Of a stretch of 64,000 nt of DNA, positions 45,344-55,243 are shown in pieces (the first letter of the stretch is position 1; each line of letters opens with the position of its first letter). The notes below the pieces were generated by a model. That model saw only the letters and a program-made list of their open reading frames with translations. It was not told where the DNA came from and searched no databases. The position numbers and the translations under genes were made by a program. Source of the stretch: an uncultured bacterium (GTDB taxonomy: Bacteria > Actinomycetota > Coriobacteriia > Coriobacteriales > Eggerthellaceae); assembly GCA_947564525.1 (NCBI GenBank), contig CANOCK010000001.1, positions 6,992 to 70,991 of the forward strand, in the 5' to 3' direction.

Positions 45344-45548
45344 AGGGGTCACCTCTATTGGACGGAACGGATACTATGGGTTCATGGTAGCGCAAACCCT
45401 TGGGCAATGGCCCAAGGAAATGGCGGTCCTGGGCAACGGTTCTGATACGCTTAGTAACGAAACCGTCACAGCCTGGGAAGCGCCCTTATCATGAAGGCTT
45501 CGCAGGCTCCCTCGCCCTGGGGCGAGGTTGCAGAAGAGGTGCAGTGCC

Positions 45549-46979
45549 ATGGCAGAGAACAAAGGCCCGAGCGGCGTCAACCCTGATCCGCATGACCTGC
45601 TCATAGACGAGGTGCAGGGACATCAGCGGCGCTACATGAAGCTGCTGGAGTTCACCCACTCCTCCACCCGCGCCGCCGGCGCCATGCTGCTGGCGGCCAT
45701 CGCCGCCTTGGTGGTGGCCAACACCGGCCTTCACGAGGGGTTCCTGGAGTTCTGGCACACCGACGTGGTGGTGGGCGTGGGGGATCATGTGGGCGTCATG
45801 TCCTTGGCCCACATCATCAACGACGTGCTCATGGCGCTGTTCTTCCTGCTGGTGGGCCTCGAGATCAAGTACGAGATGACCGTCGGCGAGCTGACCAACA
45901 TCCGCGACTGCGCCCTGCCCATCATCGCCGCCGTGGGCGGCGTGCTGGCACCCATCGGCATCTACCTGGCCTTCAACGCCGCCAATCCCGACACCGCCCA
46001 TGGCTGGGGCGTGCCCACGGCCACGGACATCGCCTTCGCCTTGGGCATCCTGGCGCTGCTGGGGCGCAAGGTGCCCAACGGCGTGCGGGTGTTCCTGTCC
46101 ACCCTGGCCGTAGCCGACGACATCATCGCCATCCTGGTCATCGCCGTCTTCTACGGCAGCGCCCCGGACCTGGGCTGGCTCGCGGGAGCCGCTGCGGTGC
46201 TGGTGGTTCTGGTGGTGCTCAACCGCACCCACGTCTACTCCCTCTACCCTTATATATTGGTCGGGGCGGTGCTGTGGTTCTGCGTGTTCATGTCCGGCGT
46301 GCACTCCACCATCGCCGGCGTGCTTCTGGCCTTCACCATCCCCATCGGGTCGCGGGTGCGCCTGAGCAGCTTCCTCGACTGGTCGCGGGAGCGCGTGGAC
46401 GACGCGCGCAGCTACTACGAGGACGACAAGCCGGTGGTGGTGCAGGGCAAGTACATGCAGACGGTGCGCGCCCTCTCGCGGGTGTCGCGTCAGGTCATGC
46501 CGCCGGCTGTGCGGCTGGAGCAGCGCCTGTACCCCTGGGTGTACTTCGCGGTGCTGCCGCTGTTCGCCCTGACCAACGCCGATGTGGCCTTCCTCGGCGG
46601 GGACATGGGCGCCCTGTTCACGGGGCCGGTGTTCCTCGGCGTGCTCTGCGGCCTGCTCGTCGGCAAGCCGCTCGGCATCCTGCTCTTCAGCTTCCTCACG
46701 GTGAAGCTGGGCATCGCCAAGCTGCCCGAGGCCGTCACCTGGAAGCACATGCTGGGCGCGTCCATCCTGGGCGGCGTGGGCTTCACCATGGCCATCTTCG
46801 TGGCCAATCTGGCCTTCGTCGACGCGGTGCTGGTGGCCGAGGCCAAGATGGCCATCCTATGCGCGTCGTTGGTGGCTGGCGTGGCGGGCTTCGTGGTGCT
46901 GCTGCGCCAGGCGGCGAAGGACCCGGTCGAGCACCCGATCCCCGAGGACGAGACGGCGCGCAACGCCGAGGGGCTCTGA
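45549..46979 (+). CDS. nhaA: NhaA-family Na+/H+ antiporter
   Basis: Motifs INDVLMALFFLLVGLEIK, WGVPTATDIAFALG and LAVADDI are present. ATG at 45549 lies 6 nt after AGAAGAGGTG. A ~35-aa N-terminal cytoplasmic extension precedes the conserved core. Confidence 0.9.
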   Translation: MAENKGPSGVNPDPHDLLIDEVQGHQRRYMKLLEFTHSSTRAAGAMLLAAIAALVVANTGLHEGFLEFWHTDVVVGVGDHVGVMSLAHIINDVLMALFFLLVGLEIKYEMTVGELTNIRDCALPIIAAVGGVLAPIGIYLAFNAANPDTAHGWGVPTATDIAFALGILALLGRKVPNGVRVFLSTLAVADDIIAILVIAVFYGSAPDLGWLAGAAAVLVVLVVLNRTHVYSLYPYILVGAVLWFCVFMSGVHSTIAGVLLAFTIPIGSRVRLSSFLDWSRERVDDARSYYEDDKPVVVQGKYMQTVRALSRVSRQVMPPAVRLEQRLYPWVYFAVLPLFALTNADVAFLGGDMGALFTGPVFLGVLCGLLVGKPLGILLFSFLTVKLGIAKLPEAVTWKHMLGASILGGVGFTMAIFVANLAFVDAVLVAEAKMAILCASLVAGVAGFVVLLRQAAKDPVEHPIPEDETARNAEGL

Positions 46980-47063
46980 GCCGCCCATGGCCAGCCCTGG
47001 GCCAGCTCGGCGTGCGAGGCGTATCATGGGGGCCGAGAGCTGCGACGGCGGGAAGGGGAGTCG

Positions 47064-49058
47064 ATGACGGAGAAGCTGCTGATGGGCAACGAGGCCTTCG
47101 CCCACGCGGCCTTGGAGGCCGGCGTGCGGGTGGTGGCCGGGTACCCGGGCACGCCCTCCTCGGAGGTGGTGGAGACCATCGCCCGCCTGCGGGCCCAGGG
47201 GCGCGCCCATGGCGTGTCGGTGGAATGGTCCACCAACGAGAAGGCGGCCCTGGAGCTGGTGGCGGGCGCGGCCTATTGCGGCGCGCGTGCGCTGTTCACC
47301 TGCAAGCAGGTGGGGCTCAACGTGGCCAGCGATGCGCTGCTCAGCCTGAACTACGTGGGGGTGCGCGGCGGCACGGTGCTGCTCGTGGCCGACGATCCGG
47401 GCCCCATATCGTCCCAGACCGAGCAGGACACCCGCCGCTTCGCTGCCTTCGCCAAGGTTCCGGTGCTCGACCCGGCCACCGTGGAGCAGGGCTTCGCCAT
47501 GATGGGCGCTGCCTTCGAGCTGTCCGAGCGCTACGGCACGCCGGTCATCCTGCGGCCCACCACCCGGGTGTGCCACGCTTCGGCGTTCCTCGACGTGGCG
47601 GAGGAGACCTGGGCCCGCGAGCTGCCCGAGGGGGGCTTCCAGAAGGGGCCGCGCTGGGTGATCTTCCCCAAGCGCGCCTTCGAGGCCCATGGCGAGATCA
47701 ACGACCGGCTGCGGGCCATGGCCAGCGACTATGGCTCCGACCCGCTGCTCTCCCAATTCAACGAGCGCGTGGCTGGCGGCGTCGCCCCCGAGGGCGCGCC
47801 GATGCGGCCGCCCTTCGCCATCGCTGCCGGAGGCGTGTCGGCGGCGTACGTGCGGGAGGCCCTGGCGCTCATCGAGCGCGAGGCGGCCGCAGCGGGCGTG
47901 GCGGTGCCGCCCTACCGGTTCCTCCAGGTGGGCACCGCCTACCCCTTCCCCGAGCAGACCGTGGCCCGCTTCCTGGAGGGGGCGCCCGACGTCATCGTGT
48001 TCGAGGAGCTGGACTCGGTCATCGAGGACGGGGTCCTGCAGGCGGTCGGCCGTGCGGGGCTTGCCGTGCGCGTCCACGGCAAGCACGACGGCTCGACCCT
48101 GGACCGCGGCGAGAGCTCCACGCGCCAGGTGGTGTTCGACCTGGCGCGCTACTTCCGCAGCGCTGACAACGACCATCCGGTCATGCCGGTGCTGGAGGCG
48201 GCCATCGGGCGGCTGGAGCTGCTCCATTGCGACGAGCCCCTGCCGCCCCGCCCCCCGGTGCTCTGCGCCGGCTGCCCCCACCGCGGCAGCTTCTATGCGG
48301 TGAAGCGGGCCCTCGGCAAGCGCGACGCGGTCCTCTGCGGGGACATCGGCTGCTACACCCTGGGCAACGCCGCGCCCCTGGATGCGGTGGACACATGCCT
48401 GTGCATGGGGGCGGGCATCACCATGGCCCAGGGCTTCGCCGTGGCCGAGCCCGGGAAGAAGTGCGTGGCCTTCGTGGGCGACTCCACCTTCTTCGCCAGC
48501 GCCATGACCGGCATCGCCAACGCCGTGTACAACGGCCATGACATAACGGTGTGCCTGCTGGACAACGCCACCACGGCCATGACCGGCGGCCAGCAGCATC
48601 CGGGCACCGGCCTCACCCTCATGGGCCAGCAGCGCCGGCCCATCGACGCCGAGGCGGTGCTGCGGGCGCTCGGGGTGGAGCGCATCCTGCGGGCCGACCC
48701 CTTCGACGCCGCCCAGGCCGAGGCGGCTGCCCGCGAGGCCATCGGCTTCGAGGGCCCCTCGGCGGTGGTGTTCGCCGCGCCCTGCATCCAGCTGGCGCCC
48801 CCGAAGCCGCCCGTGGCCATCGACGGGGAGGCCTGCACCGGCTGCAAGCGGTGCATCTCCTCCATCGGCTGCCCGGCCATCGGCTTCGACGCCGCCGCGG
48901 CCGGCCCTGCCAGCAAGGGGCGCGGCACCGCCTTCGTCGACGAGGCGCTGTGCTACGGCTGCGGCCTGTGCGCGCCGCTGTGCCCCTTCGGGGCCATCCA
49001 GCCAGCGCCGGGGGCAGCCTCCGGCAAGGGAGCAGGTCAGGAGGAAGCCGATGCTTAA
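47064..49058 (+). CDS. iorA: Indolepyruvate:ferredoxin oxidoreductase, alpha subunit
   Basis: LMGNEAFAHAALEAGVRVVAGYPGTPSSEV is present, with a TPP region (GDSTFF). Two C-terminal 4Fe-4S motifs are CTGCKRCISSIGCP and CYGCGLCAPLCP. Confidence 0.93.
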   Translation: MTEKLLMGNEAFAHAALEAGVRVVAGYPGTPSSEVVETIARLRAQGRAHGVSVEWSTNEKAALELVAGAAYCGARALFTCKQVGLNVASDALLSLNYVGVRGGTVLLVADDPGPISSQTEQDTRRFAAFAKVPVLDPATVEQGFAMMGAAFELSERYGTPVILRPTTRVCHASAFLDVAEETWARELPEGGFQKGPRWVIFPKRAFEAHGEINDRLRAMASDYGSDPLLSQFNERVAGGVAPEGAPMRPPFAIAAGGVSAAYVREALALIEREAAAAGVAVPPYRFLQVGTAYPFPEQTVARFLEGAPDVIVFEELDSVIEDGVLQAVGRAGLAVRVHGKHDGSTLDRGESSTRQVVFDLARYFRSADNDHPVMPVLEAAIGRLELLHCDEPLPPRPPVLCAGCPHRGSFYAVKRALGKRDAVLCGDIGCYTLGNAAPLDAVDTCLCMGAGITMAQGFAVAEPGKKCVAFVGDSTFFASAMTGIANAVYNGHDITVCLLDNATTAMTGGQQHPGTGLTLMGQQRRPIDAEAVLRALGVERILRADPFDAAQAEAAAREAIGFEGPSAVVFAAPCIQLAPPKPPVAIDGEACTGCKRCISSIGCPAIGFDAAAAGPASKGRGTAFVDEALCYGCGLCAPLCPFGAIQPAPGAASGKGAGQEEADA

Positions 49059-49668
49059 CGTCTTGCTCGCAGGGGTCGGCGGCCAGGGGACGGTCCTGGC
49101 GGCGAAGGTGCTGGCGAGCGCCGCCCAGTCCAAGCGGTGGGCGGTGCGCACGGCCGAGACCATCGGCATGGCCCAGCGCGGCGGCTCGGTCGTCTCCCAT
49201 GTGCGCATGGCCTCCCAGGGCGAGGAGCTCTACGCCTCCCTGGTCACGCCCGGCACCGCGGACCTCATCGTCGCCTTCGAGCCGGGAGAGGCGGCCCGGG
49301 CACTGCCCTATCTCAGCCGCAGCGGCACCGTGGTCACCGCGCGCACCACGGTGCAGCCGGTGACCGCCGCCCTGGCCGGCGCCCCCTACGATGGCGCCGC
49401 GGTCATCGGCGCCCTCCGCTCGGCCCTGGCCGACCAGGCCCCGGCAGCGCGCCTGGTCGCCGTGGACGACGCGGCGGTGACTACGGCCGTGGGCACCAGC
49501 CGGGTGCTCAACATGGCGCTCCTGGGGGCGGCCTTGGCCACGGGGGGCTTCCCCTTGGCCCTCGACGACCTGCGGGAGGCGGTGCGCGCGTGCGTGAAGC
49601 CGCAGTTCGTGGCGCTGAACCTGGCCGCCATCGACGAGGCGGCCCGGCAGGCGGCGGCTCTGGGGTAG
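49051..49668 (+). CDS. iorB: Indolepyruvate:ferredoxin oxidoreductase, beta subunit
   Basis: The N-terminus MLNVLLAGVGGQGTVLAAKVLA is typical of this subunit family, and ETIGMAQRGGSV is present. It overlaps iorA by 8 nt. Confidence 0.9.
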   Translation: MLNVLLAGVGGQGTVLAAKVLASAAQSKRWAVRTAETIGMAQRGGSVVSHVRMASQGEELYASLVTPGTADLIVAFEPGEAARALPYLSRSGTVVTARTTVQPVTAALAGAPYDGAAVIGALRSALADQAPAARLVAVDDAAVTTAVGTSRVLNMALLGAALATGGFPLALDDLREAVRACVKPQFVALNLAAIDEAARQAAALG

Positions 49669-49714
49669 AATGCAGGGAACTGCCGAGGGGACCGAAGGAG
49701 ACAAGGAGAGGGCC

Positions 49715-50950
49715 ATGGGATTCACCGAGAGCCAATGGGAGATGCTGACGAGCGAGCTGGCCACGCTCAAGGAGCGCTCGCCGTTCTACGCGCAGAAGTT
49801 CGAGGGCATCGACCTGGCGGATGTGCGCACCCAGGCCGACTTCGAGCGCCTGCCCTTCTCCGAGAAGGACGACCTGCGCGCCGCCTACCCGCTGGGGCTG
49901 CAGGCGGTGCCGGACGAGGAGGTGGTGCGCATCCACAGCTCCTCGGGCACCACGGGCACCCCGGTCATCATCCCCTACACCCAGCAGGACGTCATCGACT
50001 GGGCCACCCAGTTCGCCCGCTGCTACGAGATGGCGGGCATCACGCCGGCCGACCGCATCCAGATCACCCCGGGCTACGGCCTGTGGACCGCCGGCATCGG
50101 CTTCCAGCTGGGCGCCGAGCGGCTGGGCGCCATGGCCATACCCATGGGCCCGGGCAACACCGACAAGCAGCTCCAGATGATGCAGGACCTCAAGTCCACG
50201 GTCATCACCGCCACCAGCTCCTACGCGCTGCTGCTGGCCGAGGAGATCGGCAAGCGCGGCCTGCGCGACAGGATCCACCTCAAGAAGGGCGTCATCGGCT
50301 CCGAGCGCTGGGGCGAGAAGATGCGCCACCGCATCGAGACCGAGCTGGGCATCGAGATCTACGACATCTACGGCCTCACCGAGGTCTACGGTCCGGGCAT
50401 CGGCATCAGCTGCGACGCCCATGCTGGCATGCACGTCTGGGCCGACTTCGTCTACATCGAGGTGGTGGACCCCAAGACCGGCGAGGTGCTGCCCGACGGC
50501 GAGATGGGCGAGCTGGTGCTCACCACCCTGCGCAAGCAGGGCGCCCCGCTCATCCGCTACCGCACCCACGACCTCACGCGCATCGTGCCGGGCGCCTGCC
50601 CGTGCGGCAGCCATCACCCCCGCATCGACACCCTGACCGGGCGCACCGACGACATGTTCAAGGTGAAGGGCTGCAACCTGTTCCCGGCCCAGGTGGAGGA
50701 GGTCATCAAGGCCACCGACGGCACCAGCTCGGAGTACCAGGTGATGATCGAGGCGGTGAACGGCCGCGACGTGCTCACGGTGCTGTTCGAGACGCCGCTG
50801 GAGGGGGAGGCCCTGGCTCGCTGCGAGGAGGAGCTGGCGCTGATCTTCAAGGCGAAGCTGGGCTGCACCCCTGAGGCCAAGGGCGTGCCCATGGGCGAGC
50901 TGCCCCGCTCCGAGAAGAAGACCAAGCGCATCTTCGACAGCCGCTACTGA
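49715..50950 (+). CDS. paaK: Phenylacetate--CoA ligase family protein
   Basis: The AMP-binding motif SSGTTGTPVIIPYT is present, plus YGLTE and the C-terminal ACT-like PaaK domain. It lies immediately downstream of iorAB. Confidence 0.9.
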   Translation: MGFTESQWEMLTSELATLKERSPFYAQKFEGIDLADVRTQADFERLPFSEKDDLRAAYPLGLQAVPDEEVVRIHSSSGTTGTPVIIPYTQQDVIDWATQFARCYEMAGITPADRIQITPGYGLWTAGIGFQLGAERLGAMAIPMGPGNTDKQLQMMQDLKSTVITATSSYALLLAEEIGKRGLRDRIHLKKGVIGSERWGEKMRHRIETELGIEIYDIYGLTEVYGPGIGISCDAHAGMHVWADFVYIEVVDPKTGEVLPDGEMGELVLTTLRKQGAPLIRYRTHDLTRIVPGACPCGSHHPRIDTLTGRTDDMFKVKGCNLFPAQVEEVIKATDGTSSEYQVMIEAVNGRDVLTVLFETPLEGEALARCEEELALIFKAKLGCTPEAKGVPMGELPRSEKKTKRIFDSRY

Positions 50951-51046
50951 GGCCGCCCCGCTGCCGCGGGCACGGGCCTTCGAGGTTGCGAGAGGGTTAC
51001 GATTTTAGTTCATTCGCACAAAAAAATGGGCCATCGAATGGAACAC

Positions 51047-51066
51047 GGGGCCGGCGTCCGGCTTTT
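51047..51066 (+). terminator. Candidate intrinsic terminator after paaK
   Basis: GGGGCCGG-CGT-CCGGC is followed by TTTT (51063-51066). Confidence 0.5.
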
Positions 51067-51071
51067 GCCTC

Positions 51072-51077
51072 TATAAT
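51072..51077 (+). promoter_or_regulatory. Candidate -10 box (TATAAT) for the ABC transporter operon
   Basis: CCTCTATAATCCAG lies 60 nt upstream of the binding-protein ATG. An AT-rich tract and CATTCG...CGAATG inverted repeats lie upstream, around 51010-51040. Confidence 0.4.
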
Positions 51078-51137
51078 CCAGCCTGTTGTCCGTGTCCCGT
51101 CGCCGAGGGGCGGCGCGACGGAGAAAGGGGATATCCC

Positions 51138-51971
51138 ATGAAGATGAAGAAGTGGACCATGGTCGCTGCCGGTGCCATGCTGGCGGCCTCCCTCGGGCTG
51201 TTCGGCTGCTCTGGCGGCAACGAGGCCGCGAGCCAGTCCTCGGCCAGCGACGACGCCGCTGCCGCCGAAGGCTACGAGCTGCTCACCCCGGGCGAGCTGA
51301 CCGTCGTCCTCTCGCCGGACTACCCGCCCTTCGAGAACCTGGAGAACGGCGAGCTCGAGGGCTTCGAGGTCGACCTGTTCAAGGCCATCGCCGAGGAGAT
51401 GGGCCTGACCTACAAGCCGGTGTACATGCAGTTCGACACCATCATCCCGGCCATCGCCGCGGGCGGCCAGGGCGACGTGGGCGTCTCCGGCTTCTCGGTG
51501 GACCCCGAGCGCGCCAAGACCATCGACTTCACCGAGTCCTTCTACATCGACGACCAGGCCGTGGCCGTCATGGACGGCTCCTCCATCACCAAGGAGAACG
51601 CCGCTACCGCCCTGAACAGCCCTGACGTCACCATCGCCGTGCAGACCGGCACCACGGGCGCCGACTATGCGGCCGAGAACTTCCCGAACGCCGTCATCCA
51701 GGGCTTCGGCAGCTCCAACGACTGCTTCGCTGCCATGCAGTCCGGCCAGGCCACGGCCGTGTGCACCAACCTCGCCGTGGTGGCCCAGATGCTCAAGACC
51801 GGCTACCCCGACGCCCAGGTGGTGCTGGAGGCCGCCACGGGCGAGGAGTACGCCGCCGTGGTGTCCCAGGACAACCCGGGCCTGCTCAAGGCGCTGGACG
51901 AGGCCCTGGCCACGCTGGAGGCCAACGGCACCATCGAGCGGCTCACCCAGAAGTGGTTCGCTGCTGCCTAG
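51138..51971 (+). CDS. Polar amino-acid ABC transporter substrate-binding lipoprotein
   Basis: A lipobox follows the signal peptide (LGLFGCSGG). SBP_bac_3-type motifs are YPPFE, GFEVDL and DVGVSGFS. Confidence 0.9.
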   Translation: MKMKKWTMVAAGAMLAASLGLFGCSGGNEAASQSSASDDAAAAEGYELLTPGELTVVLSPDYPPFENLENGELEGFEVDLFKAIAEEMGLTYKPVYMQFDTIIPAIAAGGQGDVGVSGFSVDPERAKTIDFTESFYIDDQAVAVMDGSSITKENAATALNSPDVTIAVQTGTTGADYAAENFPNAVIQGFGSSNDCFAAMQSGQATAVCTNLAVVAQMLKTGYPDAQVVLEAATGEEYAAVVSQDNPGLLKALDEALATLEANGTIERLTQKWFAAA

Positions 51972-52055
51972 CCTGACCGGTTCGATCGCGGGCCTTCCTT
52001 GGCAGCCAGGGAAGGCCCGCCCCGTCTCCGAGACCCTTTCCTGAGGATGAGAGCC

Positions 52056-53630
52056 ATGGAAAAGCCCTTCCCCCTTGACCCCACCCGTCGCTCCTCGCCC
52101 AGGACGGGCGCGCCGGCGCTGGCGGCCCGCCCCTGGCGCCTGCTGGGCGCCTGCCTGATCATGGCGGGCCTGCTGCTGTCCCTCATGCCGGCCAGCGCCT
52201 TCGCCCTGCAGACGGCCAAGTGCACCGCGCGGCCCAACGCCGACACCGGCAGCGACGTCTACGGCGGCATGGAGACGCGCATCACCTGGGAGGGCCAGAT
52301 GGCTCCCGACGAGTCCCTCAAGGCCCTGTCGCTCACGCTGCCCCAAGGGACCGCCTACGAGCCCGAGGACACCCGCGTCACGCTGCTGTCGGGCGAGAAC
52401 CTGATGACCCGCGCCAACGTGGAGGCCGAGGTGGAGGCCAGCGGCGAGACCCTCGCCCTCGACTTCGCCGAGCCGACCCCAGCCGGCGGCTACCTGCGCG
52501 TGGAGGTCTATGGCGTGGTGTTCCCCGGCTCGGGCGGCAACATGCCGGTCACGGGCACCTACACCCTGGCCGACGGCACCACGCTGCCCATCGAGGACGT
52601 CGCCCCCATCGTGGTGAAGGGCACCTCGCCCACCGAGCAGCTGGCCCGCTACCTCGAGGAGCAGGAGTGGGTGCAGGCGTGGAACTCCAACAAGTTCCTG
52701 CGGCTGTTCTTCAACCCCTCGCTGATCGTGACCAGCTTCCCCATCGTGTTCCAGGGCTTCCTCATGGCGGTGGCCATCGTGGCCGTGGCGTTCCCTCTGG
52801 CCATTCCTGTGGGCTTCCTGCTGTCGCTCATGCGCATGTCCAAGTTCCGGGTGCTGCGGGGCATCGGCTCGCTCTACGTCAACGTGGTGCGCGGCACGCC
52901 GCTGTTCCTGCAGATCTACATCGCCTTCTTCGGGCTGCCGCTGGCGGGCATCCAAGTGCCGCCGTTCCCGCTGGGCGTCATCGTGCTGTCCATGAACTCG
53001 GCAGCCTACCTGTGCGAGATCTTCCGCGCGGGCATCCAGTCCATCCCGCCGGGCCAGACCGAGGCGGCGCGGAGCCTGGGCATGAGCGGCGCCCAGACCA
53101 TGGTGTTCGTCATCATCCCCCAGACCATCCTGCGGGTGATTCCCACCATGACCAGCGAGTTCATCCTACTGTACAAGGACACCTCGATGCTGGCCGCCGT
53201 GGGCGTCATGGAGGTGGTCATGTACGCGAAGACCATCGTGGCCTCCACCGGCTCCATCACGCCCTACATCGTGGCGGCGTGCTTCTACCTGGTGATCACC
53301 CTGCCGCTGGCCAAGCTGGTGGGGCGCCTGGAGGCGCGCCTGGCCGGCGTGGTGGTCCCGCGCAAGAAGCGCAAGAAGAAGATGGACGCCGTGCCCACGG
53401 CCCCGGCGGTCATCGGCACCGACGCCAAGGGCATCACCGGCTACAAGACCGACATCCTCATCTCGCAGCCCTATATAAATGCGAGCCATCCTGAGGAGAC
53501 GCCGGCTCAGACGGCGGCGCGGGTGCGGTTCAAGAGGGCCCACGGGGATGGCGGGGCGGCCCCGTCGGGCGAAGGGCCCGGCGCCCCTGCCGGCCATGAC
53601 GGAAGCGATGACGCGGCTGCCGGCCGCTGA
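52056..53630 (+). CDS. Amino-acid ABC transporter permease (HisM/GlnP type) with an extra ~190-aa N-terminal extracytoplasmic domain and a ~90-aa C-terminal tail
   Basis: The permease core carries VVRGTPLFLQIYIAFFGLP and the EAA-like EAARSLGMSGAQTM. The N-terminus has a signal/TM segment (LLGACLIMAGLLLSLMPASAFA). A beta-rich domain without SBP motifs follows it. Confidence 0.85.
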   Translation: MEKPFPLDPTRRSSPRTGAPALAARPWRLLGACLIMAGLLLSLMPASAFALQTAKCTARPNADTGSDVYGGMETRITWEGQMAPDESLKALSLTLPQGTAYEPEDTRVTLLSGENLMTRANVEAEVEASGETLALDFAEPTPAGGYLRVEVYGVVFPGSGGNMPVTGTYTLADGTTLPIEDVAPIVVKGTSPTEQLARYLEEQEWVQAWNSNKFLRLFFNPSLIVTSFPIVFQGFLMAVAIVAVAFPLAIPVGFLLSLMRMSKFRVLRGIGSLYVNVVRGTPLFLQIYIAFFGLPLAGIQVPPFPLGVIVLSMNSAAYLCEIFRAGIQSIPPGQTEAARSLGMSGAQTMVFVIIPQTILRVIPTMTSEFILLYKDTSMLAAVGVMEVVMYAKTIVASTGSITPYIVAACFYLVITLPLAKLVGRLEARLAGVVVPRKKRKKKMDAVPTAPAVIGTDAKGITGYKTDILISQPYINASHPEETPAQTAARVRFKRAHGDGGAAPSGEGPGAPAGHDGSDDAAAGR

Positions 53631-53647
53631 GGACGAGGGGGTAGCAG

Positions 53648-54523
<876 letters not shown>

Positions 54524-54710
54524 GCGCCGAGGAGGACCAGCCGCGCCCCTTCGCAGGCCGTGGGCCATCCCGCTCGACCGGGAGGCCCGCGGCCTGCGCC
54601 CGTCTGGCCTCGCCTGCCCGCTCCCAAGCAGAAAGGCCCGCCCAGCCCCCTGCGCCTTTCGCCTCGGCAACCTTTTCCCGAAGGGCGTGGCCCAAGGGGC
54701 GCAAGGTTGC

Positions 54711-54716
54711 TACAAT
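54711..54716 (+). promoter_or_regulatory. Candidate -10 box (TACAAT) for the small two-gene cassette
   Basis: GGTTGCTACAATGGGTCG lies about 65 nt upstream of the GTG at 54783. Confidence 0.3.
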
Positions 54717-54782
54717 GGGTCGAGAAGCGCTCCGCGTCCTGCATGTCAGCAGTGGCGCCGGGCAGGCGAGAAGGGGGCTGCG

Positions 54783-54944
54783 GTGACGCTGACGGAGTTC
54801 AAGAAGCAGCAAGACAAGGCCCTCAAGGACTTCAATCGCCTCGTGAAGAGCGATCCCGAGAAGGCCAGGGCGGTCGCGTTCCATCGCCTGCATTCCGCAG
54901 GCATCATCACCAAGGGCGGCAAGCTCGCGAAGCGCTACTCCTGA
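54783..54944 (+). CDS. Hypothetical small basic protein (53 aa)
   Basis: The protein is VTLTEFKKQQDKALKDFNRLVKSDPEKARAVAFHRLHSAGIITKGGKLAKRYS. GTG follows GAAGGGGG. Its stop overlaps the next start (TGATG). I recognise no family. Confidence 0.4.
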   Translation: MTLTEFKKQQDKALKDFNRLVKSDPEKARAVAFHRLHSAGIITKGGKLAKRYS

Positions 54945-55207
54945 TGTACTCCAAGCTGCCGAACCTTGTGCTTGGGTTCCACGGATGCGACGAGGGGACG
55001 TTCGACAAGGTCGTGCGCCATGGCTCTGAGCTGCGTCCCAGCACCAACGACTACGATTGGCTCGGGAACGGGGTCTACTTTTGGGAGCAGAACCTCGAGC
55101 GCGCGAGGTCCTGGGCGCGCGAGCAGGCGAGGAGAGGGGCGATCGAGCGGCCGGCCGTCCGCCTCCATGCTGCCGCGCCCCTGCGCCCCATCCGCAGCCG
55201 GTGGTAA
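54944..55207 (+). CDS. Hypothetical protein (87 aa), probably a truncated remnant; the N-terminal pattern is reminiscent of DUF3990-type proteins
   Basis: LVLGFHGCDEGTFDKVV...DYDWLGNGVYFWEQNLERARSWA resembles, from memory, the YHGS...DFG-GFY-T....A..WA pattern. The last ~25 codons (RLHAAAPLRPIRSRW) look like out-of-context sequence. It is translationally coupled to the upstream ORF. Confidence 0.4.
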   Translation: MYSKLPNLVLGFHGCDEGTFDKVVRHGSELRPSTNDYDWLGNGVYFWEQNLERARSWAREQARRGAIERPAVRLHAAAPLRPIRSRW

Positions 55208-55243
55208 ACTAGGCGCACATGACCACTAGGGGAAGGCGGATCC

